From Campylobacterales bacterium (lineage in GTDB: Bacteria; Campylobacterota; Campylobacteria; Campylobacterales; QNZT01): a DNA stretch of 47,135 nucleotides. Location of the stretch: assembly GCA_027084135.1 (NCBI GenBank), contig JALWLO010000076.1, positions 1 to 47,135 on the forward strand, in the 5' to 3' direction. A program made the translations under genes and the position numbers. Below are positions 1 through 9,017 of the stretch, one piece after another (the first letter of the stretch is position 1; every line of letters starts with the position of its first letter). The notes beneath the pieces were generated by a model, which saw only the letters and a program-made list of their open reading frames with translations, was not told the origin of the DNA and did not search any database.

Positions 1-26
1 ATATAAAAAAATTTTGGAGAGATTTC

Positions 27-311
27 ATGAGAGCTAAAAAAATGAAACATATCCTTATCTCGAGGTTAAACGGATCACATCCTCAAAATATCGCATACTA
101 CCATAACGCTCCAAAACATAAACACCACCATCGATCAAACCAATACTTAATGGTTGCTGTAACATCCTTTTTTATGGCAGTGATTATCTTTATCATAGGC
201 TGGATAGCGATCGAAAACCTATCGACACCGAGATCATTTAGTAGTGGAAGCGGTATTTATGTCGATCTAAAAGATATTGCACCGTTATTGCTTGAAGAGA
301 GCAGAAGATAA
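27..311 (+). CDS. Small His-rich hypothetical membrane protein (94 aa).
   Basis: An ORF preceded by a GGAGAG ribosome-binding site (RBS) 7 nt upstream of the ATG. It carries an HKHHH motif followed by a hydrophobic helix. No family could be recognised, and the gene may continue upstream of the window. Confidence 0.3.
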   Translation: MRAKKMKHILISRLNGSHPQNIAYYHNAPKHKHHHRSNQYLMVAVTSFFMAVIIFIIGWIAIENLSTPRSFSSGSGIYVDLKDIAPLLLEESRR

Positions 312-315
312 CACA

Positions 316-1332
316 TTAACATTCATTAACCGCTGGTACTTGCATCGTAGAGCAGTGGATACTGCCGCCCTCCTCTATGAGTCTCACAGAGTTGATGGGG
401 ATCACCTCTCTTGTCGGGAAAAGCTCCTTGAAAAGCTCTACCATTTTTGTATCATTTTCATCGTTGTAGATAGGCAGCAAAAGCGTGTGGTTGGTGATGA
501 GAAAGTTAGCATAAGTTGCCGGCAATCTCCTCTCATCTTTGTAGATAGGCTTTGGAAGCGGTAGCGGTACTAACGCATACGGTTCGCCGTTTAGTCGCCT
601 AAAGCTTTTCAACTCACGCTCCATCTCTTTTAGCTCTCTATAATGGCTATCGATCTCATCGTAGCACTTCACATAGGCTATCGTTTTCTCATCGACAAAT
701 CTCGCCAATGTATCGATATGAGCGTCGGTATCGTCACCCTCTAGATATCCATTTTCAAGCCACAATATCCTCTCCAATCCAAACAGCTCCGTCAGCCTCT
801 CCTCTATCTCATTTTGCGATAAGTTTGGATTTCGATTCGGGTTTAAGAGACACCTTTTGGTACTCAGTAGCGTTCCCGCTCCGTCACTCTCTATACTTCC
901 CCCCTCAAGCACCATATCTACGGGTGTTAATTTTGAAGGATAGAAATGGTATCCTTTGTGAAGCTTTTCATTGACTGCATCATCCAAAGCGCTCTCAAAC
1001 TTCCCACCCCATGCATTAAATCTAAAATCCAAAAGCTCCCGTTTCCCCTCTTGGTAGATCGAGATAGGACCATAATCCCTCACCCATGTATCATTCGTAC
1101 TAATCGTCGTAAAAGATATGCGATCATGGTAGCAGAGCATAGATTTTACCGACTCTATATCGTCGCAGATCAGTATCACTTTTTGTGAATAGGAGATAGA
1201 GCTTATAATACGAAGAAAAACCGCCTGCGCACTCTCAAGATCATTTACCCAGTCACTATTTACGTGCGGAAATACAACGATAACACTATCTTGCTTCTCC
1301 CACTCTGCCGGTAATCGTTTCATACTTATCAA
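316..1332 (-). CDS. aguA: Agmatine deiminase (porphyranase-type peptidyl-arginine/agmatine deiminase family).
   Basis: A 338-aa ORF with the family's C-terminal GGSIHCSTMQ catalytic-Cys motif. It also has the WVRDYGP and EGGSIESDG motifs typical of agmatine deiminases. Confidence 0.85.
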   Translation of the reverse strand: MISMKRLPAEWEKQDSVIVVFPHVNSDWVNDLESAQAVFLRIISSISYSQKVILICDDIESVKSMLCYHDRISFTTISTNDTWVRDYGPISIYQEGKRELLDFRFNAWGGKFESALDDAVNEKLHKGYHFYPSKLTPVDMVLEGGSIESDGAGTLLSTKRCLLNPNRNPNLSQNEIEERLTELFGLERILWLENGYLEGDDTDAHIDTLARFVDEKTIAYVKCYDEIDSHYRELKEMERELKSFRRLNGEPYALVPLPLPKPIYKDERRLPATYANFLITNHTLLLPIYNDENDTKMVELFKELFPTREVIPINSVRLIEEGGSIHCSTMQVPAVNEC

Positions 1333-1447
1333 CCTTTTTCGCCAAAGTTTTGTGGAATTTTACAATAATTAACTGCAACTTAAGTTACACGTAAAACATG
1401 GAATATTTGATATACTTTACCCATATATTAGCAAAAAGGAGGATAAG

Positions 1448-1927
1448 ATGAAAAAGCATTTAAAAGTAGGGGCATTGGCATTACCACTAGTACTAGCTGT
1501 CAATCTAAACGCAACCGATCTAAAACCCTTTGATCCAAAGTATGATCCGCTATTTGAGGAGTTTAATAGACTTCATCAAGAGATGGAGAGGGTATTTGAG
1601 AAGTTTAACAGTAGATTTTTTGAGGATACATCATTTATCGCTCCATCTATGGACTTCAAAAAAAGCGGTGATCACTATATCATAAAGGTCGATCTACCAG
1701 GTGTGGATAAATCAAACATCAAAACAGAGGTCAAAGAGGGTGTGCTGAGGATAGACGCCTCGACTCAAAGAGAGGAGAAAAAAGAGGGCGATAAATACTA
1801 TCATCATGAGAGATTTGTTGGTAGTTACCACAGAGTTCTCACACTTCCAAAAGATGCGGACGCCGATAAACTAAAAACCGAATACAAAGACGGTGTTTTG
1901 ACCATCACGATACCGGTTAAGAAGTAG
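1448..1927 (+). CDS. Hsp20/alpha-crystallin family small heat-shock protein with an N-terminal signal-peptide-like segment.
   Basis: Contains alpha-crystallin domain motifs (HYIIKVDLPGV...GVLTITIPV). The N-terminus MKKHLKVGALALPLVLAVNLNA looks like a Sec signal. An SD (Shine-Dalgarno) sequence AAAGGAGG lies upstream. Confidence 0.8.
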   Translation: MKKHLKVGALALPLVLAVNLNATDLKPFDPKYDPLFEEFNRLHQEMERVFEKFNSRFFEDTSFIAPSMDFKKSGDHYIIKVDLPGVDKSNIKTEVKEGVLRIDASTQREEKKEGDKYYHHERFVGSYHRVLTLPKDADADKLKTEYKDGVLTITIPVKK

Positions 1928-1930
1928 AGA

Positions 1931-1965
1931 TTTACACCAAGAGCTAAATCTTGGTGTAAAAAATT
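1931..1965 (+). terminator. Hairpin terminator downstream of hsp20.
   Basis: TTTACACCAAGA-GCTAAA-TCTTGGTGTAAA forms a perfect 11-bp stem. It is followed by AAAATTT. Confidence 0.45.
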
Positions 1966-2319
1966 TATGCCGCGTCGATATACCTCATAAATTCCTTAAA
2001 ATCCAGTATCTCATGCTCTTTCCTCGCCTCAAAATAGAGCCTATCGGCATGATCTTTGATCACGATGCCGTTTGGTTATCACCGCACCGACAAATATTCT
2101 AAGGTTTTGAGAGTACGGGAAGGAGTGAGATATACGTTAGAAAATCTGCAGGACTAACTGGTTAATTCAAAGATTTTCTGGCGTATAGATCGCTTCTTCC
2201 CGTGCTCCCCGAAGGGTGCAGTGCTTTTGTCCATACTCTGCGTTAGATTTTCTTATATTAGCTAAGCTAGTATTTCAAAAATCTGCCTTGATTATGAACA
2301 AAATCACTGTATCAAAAAT

Positions 2320-2589
2320 TCAGAATATTCGTTGGTGCGGTGATAATATATCATCCAGTAAAAAGATGTTTTTCACTTCATTGAAAGAAACGAGATCTAT
2401 ATCTTTATGAAGCAACTTTTGTAACTCGTGGATAATAGAAAGCTTTGCATCAAGGGAGCTATCTTCAAAATATATAGCGACATCCACATCGCTATCAGTA
2501 CGAGCCGATCCGTCAGCTTGAGAGCCAAATAGATAGCCAAAAAGGATATTGTCGTTATCTTTGAGTGCTTTTTTGAGTAAATTTTTCAT
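2320..2589 (-). CDS. Nucleotidyltransferase-domain protein (MNT-type antitoxin-like).
   Basis: The GSQADGSARTDSDVDVAI motif is the Pol-beta-type nucleotidyltransferase signature GS-x9-13-DxD. It is 89 aa. No intact HEPN partner lies downstream. Confidence 0.65.
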   Translation of the reverse strand: MKNLLKKALKDNDNILFGYLFGSQADGSARTDSDVDVAIYFEDSSLDAKLSIIHELQKLLHKDIDLVSFNEVKNIFLLDDILSPHQRIF

Positions 2590-2727
2590 CTATATATCTA
2601 ATCCTAACTACATTCTTTAACTAAGATTATACCAAAGATTTCTCAACTGCAATCTATGTTGCATCTCTCTATGTTTAATAATGGTAAAATTACATAAATA
2701 CGCATCTAAAAATCCAAAGGAGTCGCT

Positions 2728-3519
2728 ATGAAAAGGGTGGTTGCGGTTATCAATGATATAGAGAGGGCTGAGGAGATACTAAGTAATGCGAAAAACTTCG
2801 TCGCCGAAGATGGGGTGTTGGAGGTGTTGTATGTCTATGAGGAGTCGCTGTTTGAGTTACCGGAGTATTTTCGACCGAGATTTTTAAAAGAGGATGTGAT
2901 AGATAAAGATGAGGTAAAAAGGGAGATCGAAGATACCCTTGAAAGGATAGGATATAGCGGTGAGAGTGCGGTATTTGTGGAGATCAGCGATACGGTAAGC
3001 CATCTGATACACCTTATCAAAGATCAAGATGATCTGCTTGTTATCAACAGATATCACGAAGATATAAGCTCAAAAATGATCGAAGAGAGCAACTGCTTTG
3101 TATTAACTCTCAAAAATAAGCCGATAGAGAAGGGTGATATCTTGTACATAGCCTCTCTTGACAATAGAGACAAAAATAACATAAAGCTGATAGAGAAATT
3201 TTTTCCTGACGCAAAAATAAAGCTTCTCTATGACTTCCACTACTATACGATCGCTTCTGCGGACTACCTCGATCCGATGATAAGCACACCTGTGATGGAT
3301 ATACAGATCGATCAAGAGGCTAAAAAGGCTAAAAAAGAGCTCTTTGACAAACTAGTGGAAGAGAGTGGGCTTGAGGGTGAATTTATCGAAGAGTGGGTAG
3401 ATGAGGATATCAAGCTTCTAAGCTCTATCAAAGAGGGGGATTACGGTTTGGTAGTATATCCGAAAGATATCGTTAACCTAACAGATAAGATAAGCAATCC
3501 AACCCTCACTTATCCATAA
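2728..3519 (+). CDS. Tandem universal-stress-protein-like (UspA fold) protein.
   Basis: Two Usp-like halves, with MKRVVAVINDIE...VLYV and DLLVIN in the first and a repeat of the pattern in the second. The call rests on motifs only. Confidence 0.45.
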   Translation: MKRVVAVINDIERAEEILSNAKNFVAEDGVLEVLYVYEESLFELPEYFRPRFLKEDVIDKDEVKREIEDTLERIGYSGESAVFVEISDTVSHLIHLIKDQDDLLVINRYHEDISSKMIEESNCFVLTLKNKPIEKGDILYIASLDNRDKNNIKLIEKFFPDAKIKLLYDFHYYTIASADYLDPMISTPVMDIQIDQEAKKAKKELFDKLVEESGLEGEFIEEWVDEDIKLLSSIKEGDYGLVVYPKDIVNLTDKISNPTLTYP

Positions 3520-3528
3520 AAGCTATCG

Positions 3529-4218
3529 ATGCTCCTATCTGACTCTATTTTAGACTTTTACTTTTCACTCCCAAAAGAGTCTGCACCCCCAAACGGGGTG
3601 GAGATCATCTTCCCTTATGACCAGCCTGAAACGCGCAGGGTGATGGAGATCTTTTTTCGTAAATATTACGCTGATCTAGAGCCAAGAACATTGCTCTTTG
3701 GCATCAATCCGGGACGATACGGTGCAGGTATCACCGGCATAGGTTTTACCGATCCGATACTCTTAGAGCAGAGATGCGGTATCGAGAATCATTTTGAAAA
3801 GAGGGGTGAACTTAGTGCCAAATTTATCTATGATGTTATCGAGGCGTATGGAGGGGTTGAGAGATTTTACAAAGATTTTTTATTTACAACCGTCCTTCCT
3901 TTTGGACTACTCAAAAACGGCAAAAATTATAACTACTATGATGATACTGAAACACTCCATTACTTCAAACCACTTATCCTAGAGTCAATCCAAAAGCAAC
4001 GCGCATTTCCCCATATCAATCAACACAAGATCGCTGTGATCGGACAGGGGAAAAATCTACACTTTATGAAGTCATTGAATGAAGAGGAGAGACTCTTTGA
4101 TACCATCGAAGTACTTCCCCACCCTCGATGGGTCATGCAGTATAGAAGAAGACAAAAAGATAAATATATTCAATATTATCTCAAAATCTTGAGAGAAATA
4201 AGACCCAAAATTGATTAA
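3529..4218 (+). CDS. Uracil-DNA-glycosylase-superfamily protein (Mug/TDG-like GINPG motif).
   Basis: GINPGRYGAGITGIGFTDP resembles motif A of the Mug/TDG/UDG fold. It is 229 aa. Confidence 0.4.
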   Translation: MLLSDSILDFYFSLPKESAPPNGVEIIFPYDQPETRRVMEIFFRKYYADLEPRTLLFGINPGRYGAGITGIGFTDPILLEQRCGIENHFEKRGELSAKFIYDVIEAYGGVERFYKDFLFTTVLPFGLLKNGKNYNYYDDTETLHYFKPLILESIQKQRAFPHINQHKIAVIGQGKNLHFMKSLNEEERLFDTIEVLPHPRWVMQYRRRQKDKYIQYYLKILREIRPKID

Positions 4219-4249
4219 ATCAACATATAAATTTAGATGAAAGGTCAAT

Positions 4250-5056
4250 ATGAAATTAGAAGATTTAGATAGTTATCTCTTGGAAGATATACAGAGTGAT
4301 GATCACCCGTCAGACTTTATCAAAAGAGAGGATTTTTATACCTTAGTACTAAGACTTCCAAATGTAAACAAAACTGTAACGATACGATCATACGCGTTTG
4401 TCATAGAGCGTGAGCTGGTGTATAGATATGACAGAAAAAACAACAGACTTGAGGATTTTGGAACGCTGAAAAACCTGCAACTCTTTTTAGAAGAGAAGGT
4501 CGAAAAGCTCATTAAAAATGTCAAACATTTTCACATGGAGATCGATAACTTAGAGGAGTCTCTCTACCAAGAAAATATAAGCGATGAGTTTATGCAAAAG
4601 TGGATAACCTATAAAAAAGATATCTCGCTGATAAGCAGACTGATGTTTCACGCCGCTATCGTGAGTGAACTCTTTATAGCCCATCTAAAGAGAGAGAAGG
4701 TAAAGTTCAACAAGCACGCATTTGATGATCTGCACGAAGAGATCTCAAGAGTACGGGATCTATCCAAAGCGGGTGTAGAAAAACTTGACAACCTCTATGA
4801 CTTTTACAGAGCTAAAGTCGATGAAAAGATGAACAAAAATGTCTACTACCTAACAATGCTATCGGGGATCTTCCTACCTCTGACACTAGCTACTGGATTT
4901 TTCGGTATGAATACTGGAGGATTACCCTACACGGATGACCCCCACGGCACACTAAAAGTGGTAGTTTTATCGTTAGTACTAGAGATCATCTTTTTCCTCC
5001 CCTTCATCCTCCAGAACTTTAAAAAGATCAAAAAGTTTAAGCGAGAGCAGGAGTAG
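4250..5056 (+). CDS. CorA-like divalent cation transporter (GMN-motif family).
   Basis: The C-terminus has two transmembrane (TM) segments carrying YLTMLSGIFLPLTLATGFFGMN, the CorA/ZntB GMN signature. The N-terminus is a soluble coiled region. Confidence 0.65.
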   Translation: MKLEDLDSYLLEDIQSDDHPSDFIKREDFYTLVLRLPNVNKTVTIRSYAFVIERELVYRYDRKNNRLEDFGTLKNLQLFLEEKVEKLIKNVKHFHMEIDNLEESLYQENISDEFMQKWITYKKDISLISRLMFHAAIVSELFIAHLKREKVKFNKHAFDDLHEEISRVRDLSKAGVEKLDNLYDFYRAKVDEKMNKNVYYLTMLSGIFLPLTLATGFFGMNTGGLPYTDDPHGTLKVVVLSLVLEIIFFLPFILQNFKKIKKFKREQE

Positions 5057-5126
5057 GTATTGCTATTATATGGACTTAACGGTTGTTATCTAGATATCAA
5101 GCAATTTCAAAGAGATTTTTGTATAA

Positions 5127-5468
5127 ATGAAGCATGAAAAAACCCTCAAAATCTTACAAAATATCATAAGCTCGTACGAAGAGTTACGCTTAACTGCCAC
5201 CAAAAACCAGCTAACCTACAAAGACAAGTACGGAGCGGTAGTGATGCTAAGAGTACGAGAGGAGGGCATCGTCGTAGCATTTGGCAGAAGTGCAAAACTA
5301 CAAGAGAAGTTCTCTATGCTACAAGGTAACGGCAAAGTAGTAAGGCACTTGACATTCCAAACCGTTGAGAAGTCGGACGAAAAACTGCTAAGAGAGCTGA
5401 TAGACGAGAGTCTCGTACTCGGTATAGAAAAGGCAGAGATGAAGAGGATGAAAGGTTGTTTCAGATGA
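5127..5468 (+). CDS. Hypothetical protein (113 aa).
   Basis: ORF only. It overlaps the next gene by 13 nt, which suggests an operon. Confidence 0.35.
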   Translation: MKHEKTLKILQNIISSYEELRLTATKNQLTYKDKYGAVVMLRVREEGIVVAFGRSAKLQEKFSMLQGNGKVVRHLTFQTVEKSDEKLLRELIDESLVLGIEKAEMKRMKGCFR

Positions 5469-6019
5469 AACAGATCCACCTCATCCGTCATGCAAAGGTA
5501 GATATAGATAGCTCTCAAAAGATAGGCTCTTCTATGCTTCAAGAGTGGGTAGAGAGGTATGACAAAGCCCCGATAAAGCGAGATATTAAGCCGCCCAAAG
5601 CGACGGTAGAGCTCGTACGAAGTGCGGATGTAGTACTAACAAGCTCACTTCGTCGCACACACGATACCGCCAAGCTTTTTGGTGTGGAGAGATTTGAGCA
5701 GAATGAGATATTTGACGAAATCCCCGTTCCAAATGTCGCCATCCCTTTTTTAAAACTTCGACCTTCGACTTGGCTTGCTCTTTTGAGAGTATTGTTGGTG
5801 TTTGGGTTTGGCAAAAATGACAGCTCATTAGACACCTCTAAAAAACGAGCCGAACAGGCAACAAAACATCTGCTCTCACTCACTAAAAACAACAACTTAG
5901 TACTAATCGGTCATGGAGGGATGAACTATCTCATAGGAGAAGAGCTTCTTAAAAACGGATGGGAGAGAGATAGCAAGCTTTCTCATCAAAATTTAGGTGT
6001 TACGAGCTACTACAAGTAA
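5456..6019 (+). CDS. Histidine-phosphatase superfamily protein (SixA/PGAM-like).
   Basis: An N-terminal HLIRHAK (RHG-like catalytic His motif) and a later LVLIGHGG motif. Confidence 0.55.
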   Translation: MFQMKQIHLIRHAKVDIDSSQKIGSSMLQEWVERYDKAPIKRDIKPPKATVELVRSADVVLTSSLRRTHDTAKLFGVERFEQNEIFDEIPVPNVAIPFLKLRPSTWLALLRVLLVFGFGKNDSSLDTSKKRAEQATKHLLSLTKNNNLVLIGHGGMNYLIGEELLKNGWERDSKLSHQNLGVTSYYK

Positions 6020-6110
6020 TGGCAGAGGGGAAGGGATTTTCCTCGCTTCGCTGCGGGGTTTCGCTTCGCTTCACCGAACACCTCTTATCGGGTTCTCATC
6101 CTTTCACTAT
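6020..6110 (-). repeat. Partial copy of the tRNA-Ser 3' end plus about 70 bp of shared flank (att-like direct repeat, copy A).
   Basis: TGGCAGAGGGGAAGGGATT is identical to the first 19 nt of the tRNA-Ser 3' end at 7009. The following about 70 bp match copy B at 6879-6975. Confidence 0.7.
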
Positions 6111-6193
6111 GGCAAGAGGTGTTAGATTATTTGAATTTGCGTCTTAGAGTATTTTATAAATTTTTTAAATCCCTTATCAAATGTTATCATTTT

Positions 6194-6526
6194 TTAACAA
6201 TTAAAAAAGTTACTAAATACTATATGGTATGCATCAAATGAGTGTTGAAAACTATCAGTTTGATTGATAAATTTAATGACATCATCATAAATATTTGCAC
6301 TTTTAACATATTTTGACAAATAAGCTACATTTGCTTTTATAACATCTGTGGACTCTTTTAGTTTATAAGAGACATAAACAAACTCATAAAGCGTTATTTC
6401 CGATATTAGTAACTTTTTTTCTACTATCGCTGTTTTTAAAATCTCTTGAGATCTCTTTTTCTGTTGTATATCATCTACATTTTTACAAAAAGCATATATC
6501 AAAACATTTGTATCAAGATATATCAT
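6194..6526 (-). CDS. vapC: PIN-domain toxin VapC.
   Basis: An MIYLDTNVLIY N-terminus with a conserved Asp. It is 110 aa and overlaps the upstream antitoxin ORF by 14 nt. Confidence 0.8.
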   Translation of the reverse strand: MIYLDTNVLIYAFCKNVDDIQQKKRSQEILKTAIVEKKLLISEITLYEFVYVSYKLKESTDVIKANVAYLSKYVKSANIYDDVIKFINQTDSFQHSFDAYHIVFSNFFNC

Positions 6527-6779
6527 TTATCAACTCGTTTGTATCGATTACATTCTCTTTTGTGGCTATGATTTGATTGTTTGATTTTGCAAAAAGTTCT
6601 TCTAACTCTTCTAACTCTTTTTCAATATCACTTGAATTTTCTTGTTGAGTCAAAGGCTTTTCGTACATTACTATTAAACGAATCTTCTTTCCGTTTCCAA
6701 GTTCATCTCTATATTTGGGAGGTATATAAATCATACCATCTTTTGAGACTGTCTCAAACTCAACTGCATACATTTGCAA
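6513..6779 (-). CDS. vapB: VapB-type antitoxin (AbrB/SpoVT-like swapped-hairpin candidate).
   Basis: An 88-aa ORF immediately upstream of the PIN toxin and overlapping it. Its N-terminal beta-rich DNA-binding-like region is followed by an acidic tail. Confidence 0.6.
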   Translation of the reverse strand: MQMYAVEFETVSKDGMIYIPPKYRDELGNGKKIRLIVMYEKPLTQQENSSDIEKELEELEELFAKSNNQIIATKENVIDTNELINDIS

Positions 6780-6878
6780 TCCTTTTATCTTCGCTATATA
6801 AAGTATAGCTTAAATTTCTTAACAAATATTTACACTCTAATTTGATATATGCTGAAAAGGTTTAGATGTTTGTTGAAG

Positions 6879-6975
6879 TGGCAGAGGGGAAGGGATTTTC
6901 CTCGTCTCTTCGCTCCTGTGGGGTTTCGCTTCGCTTCACCGAACACCTCCTATCTGCTTCTCATCCCTTCAGGGC
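6879..6975 (-). repeat. Second partial tRNA-Ser 3'-end copy with shared flank (att-like direct repeat, copy B), abutting the tRNA.
   Basis: The same 19-nt tRNA 3'-end core and the same flank as copy A, with a few substitutions. It ends 33 bp from the tRNA-Ser gene. Confidence 0.7.
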
Positions 6976-7008
6976 ATCAAACTAAATGATATGCGACTTT
7001 TGATTGAA

Positions 7009-7096
7009 TGGCAGAGGGGAAGGGATTCGAACCCTCGGTGGGTTGCCCCACACACGCGTTCCAGGCGTGCTCCTTCGACCGCTCGGACACCCCTCT
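7009..7096 (-). tRNA. tRNA-Ser (anticodon GGA), class II with a long variable arm.
   Basis: The reverse complement reads AGAGGGG-TG-TCC-GAGCGGTCGAA-GGA-G-CACGC-CUGGAAC-GCGUG-long variable arm-AAGGG-TTCGAAT-CCCTT-CCCCTCT-G-CCA. The acceptor, D, anticodon and T stems all pair, and the CCA is encoded. Confidence 0.8.
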
Positions 7097-7158
7097 ATAA
7101 AGTAGATTGAGAGTATATCAAATTTTATTTAATCAAGCATAAATCATACCACTTAGTA

Positions 7159-7626
7159 CTAACTACTTTTGTTTCGATATAATGTTTTTTCAAACTCCTC
7201 TTTTTCACGCTCCAAAAATTCGATGATCCTTCTTTGTATTATCTGCGTCTCTTCATCACCCTCAGAGCACTTCATAAGCCTTGAGAGCCTTTTGGTATTT
7301 ATCTTCTGAGCAAATCTCGGCTCAGCCTTTAAAATCGAATCAATATTTTTAATCAAATCATTTACATCAAGGTCATTTTTCATAATGATCTTATCAACAT
7401 ACTCTTTCACTGTTCTTATGAGTACATCTACTCTCGCCTCATCATCAGGATATATCTCTTTGGCTATCTCTTGAAGTATCTCCAACTCACACTCATCCAT
7501 ATCTCTATTTGCACCTATCATCGCAGCTAATATCTTCGCTCTAAACTCAAGTGATGAGTTGTGATAGACAAGTAGATCTCTAAAAAATACCAAAAATCTC
7601 GCCTTTAAATGCCGAAAAATATTCAC
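7159..7626 (-). CDS. Hypothetical helical protein, possibly a TerB-like domain.
   Basis: A 155-aa ORF with a D/E-rich helical repeat pattern. The family assignment is weak. Confidence 0.35.
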   Translation of the reverse strand: MNIFRHLKARFLVFFRDLLVYHNSSLEFRAKILAAMIGANRDMDECELEILQEIAKEIYPDDEARVDVLIRTVKEYVDKIIMKNDLDVNDLIKNIDSILKAEPRFAQKINTKRLSRLMKCSEGDEETQIIQRRIIEFLEREKEEFEKTLYRNKSS

Positions 7627-7787
7627 ATCTATCCTTTTTATTTATGACCTTTTAAGACTCTTTAGGGTAAAATCCCCTCCTTAGCAGTGAGGAAGTCTAG
7701 GCTTCTTGACTGCTCCCTTTGAGACCTATGCAATGAGTTGTTGAGGCACCGAGTCAGGGTGGGAACACAGCAGCTCACCTCAACTTC

Positions 7788-9017
7788 TCATGTGCCGTAG
7801 GTATCTTGAGGGGAGTCTTTTAGATACTCCTCTATATCCTTTGCAAGTTGATAAAAGTTCACCCCGTTTATAATCGCATTATTTTCCATAGCTTTGAGTG
7901 TCTGCTCTTTACCTCTGCTTAGCTCTTTTGACTTTACACCGTGTGATATCGACAAAGTTGCCTCCACAAACGCCGCCAATCTATCACAAGCCTTCAAAGC
8001 TACTCCGTCTATGACATTGTATTTATCATCATTATAACAGTTCAAAGTATCGACTATTTTTATCTCTTTTTGATAGATTTTATTTAAAAACTCATTTTTT
8101 TCACCGTCACCGTAGAGTCCTAAATAGTAAGAGAACTCATCTTTTATATTACTCGGTATCAACGGAAGTATCTCATTTTCTATCTTTTGTATCTCTATCT
8201 CGCTAATAAGCTCATCCATACCCGAAACCGAATACTTCACAGGGGTGATGATATCCCTTGTCAATGCTTCAGGCAAATCATGAAAAAGTGCGGTAAAGAA
8301 GTTGTTTTCTATCCGCCTTGGAGTCGCACCAATCTTTATCGAATAGAAGTAGCTAAAGAGCGCCACGATAAGCATATGCCCAAGTACCGAAGTCTCCGGT
8401 ATCCTCGGCGTTTGCGCCCACCTCTTTTGAAATCTAAGCCTACCGCTTAGATCGATAAATCTTGAAAGCTTTTTACCTAGAGCTATCTTCCTAACTCCAA
8501 TAAGCTCATAATAGTCCTCTATCTCCGCATCCACATCTCTTTTAACCTCTTCTATCTCATTGAGAAATTGACTCGTCTGGTAGATGATAGAAAACTCCCA
8601 TCTTGTCGATAGGTACGAAGCGGCTTGTAGGATAAACCTCTCCTTTTTATAGGTACAATCACCCTCCAAATAGCGCTTAAACTTCTCAAAAAACTCTCCG
8701 CCTTGAATATCTTTGATCTCATCTTCAAGCTTTGTAAGTACCCAGCTATTGATCTCATCTTTTTTCTTTTGAAGTATCTTATGAAAGAGATCGGGACGGA
8801 TATCGGTAACGACTACCCTTCTTAAAAACTCAAATATACCGGCTTCTATGAGGAGATTCATATCCACTTCGCCCTCTATCTTTGCCAACAGATAGGCGAT
8901 GATAAATTTATGCGCCTGCTTATCTAGCTCTACGAGATCAACCATCCTCGGATAGTCATTCCACCTCTGGATAGAAGCGGCGCTATATATCAGCTCTATA
9001 AGTCTTGGATTTATCAT
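7788..9017 (-). CDS. HD-domain phosphohydrolase (YfbR-like N-terminal RW motif plus an HD motif) with a large insertion.
   Basis: Contains the IQRWNDYPR and ALFHDLPEALTRDIITPVK motifs. Its start overlaps the queF stop by 4 nt. Confidence 0.65.
   Translation of the reverse strand: MINPRLIELIYSAASIQRWNDYPRMVDLVELDKQAHKFIIAYLLAKIEGEVDMNLLIEAGIFEFLRRVVVTDIRPDLFHKILQKKKDEINSWVLTKLEDEIKDIQGGEFFEKFKRYLEGDCTYKKERFILQAASYLSTRWEFSIIYQTSQFLNEIEEVKRDVDAEIEDYYELIGVRKIALGKKLSRFIDLSGRLRFQKRWAQTPRIPETSVLGHMLIVALFSYFYSIKIGATPRRIENNFFTALFHDLPEALTRDIITPVKYSVSGMDELISEIEIQKIENEILPLIPSNIKDEFSYYLGLYGDGEKNEFLNKIYQKEIKIVDTLNCYNDDKYNVIDGVALKACDRLAAFVEATLSISHGVKSKELSRGKEQTLKAMENNAIINGVNFYQLAKDIEEYLKDSPQDTYGT

Noticed and set aside
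277-1188. Plus-strand ORFs 277..564, 708..974 and 946..1188 lying inside and antisense to aguA.
   Set aside because: They sit entirely within a well-supported 338-aa gene on the other strand. They have no RBS and no recognisable motifs.
2216-2410. Plus-strand 64-aa ORF overlapping the MNT gene's 3' end.
   Set aside because: It runs antisense to the nucleotidyltransferase gene and has an implausible composition. The region is better explained as a decayed partner or RNA region.
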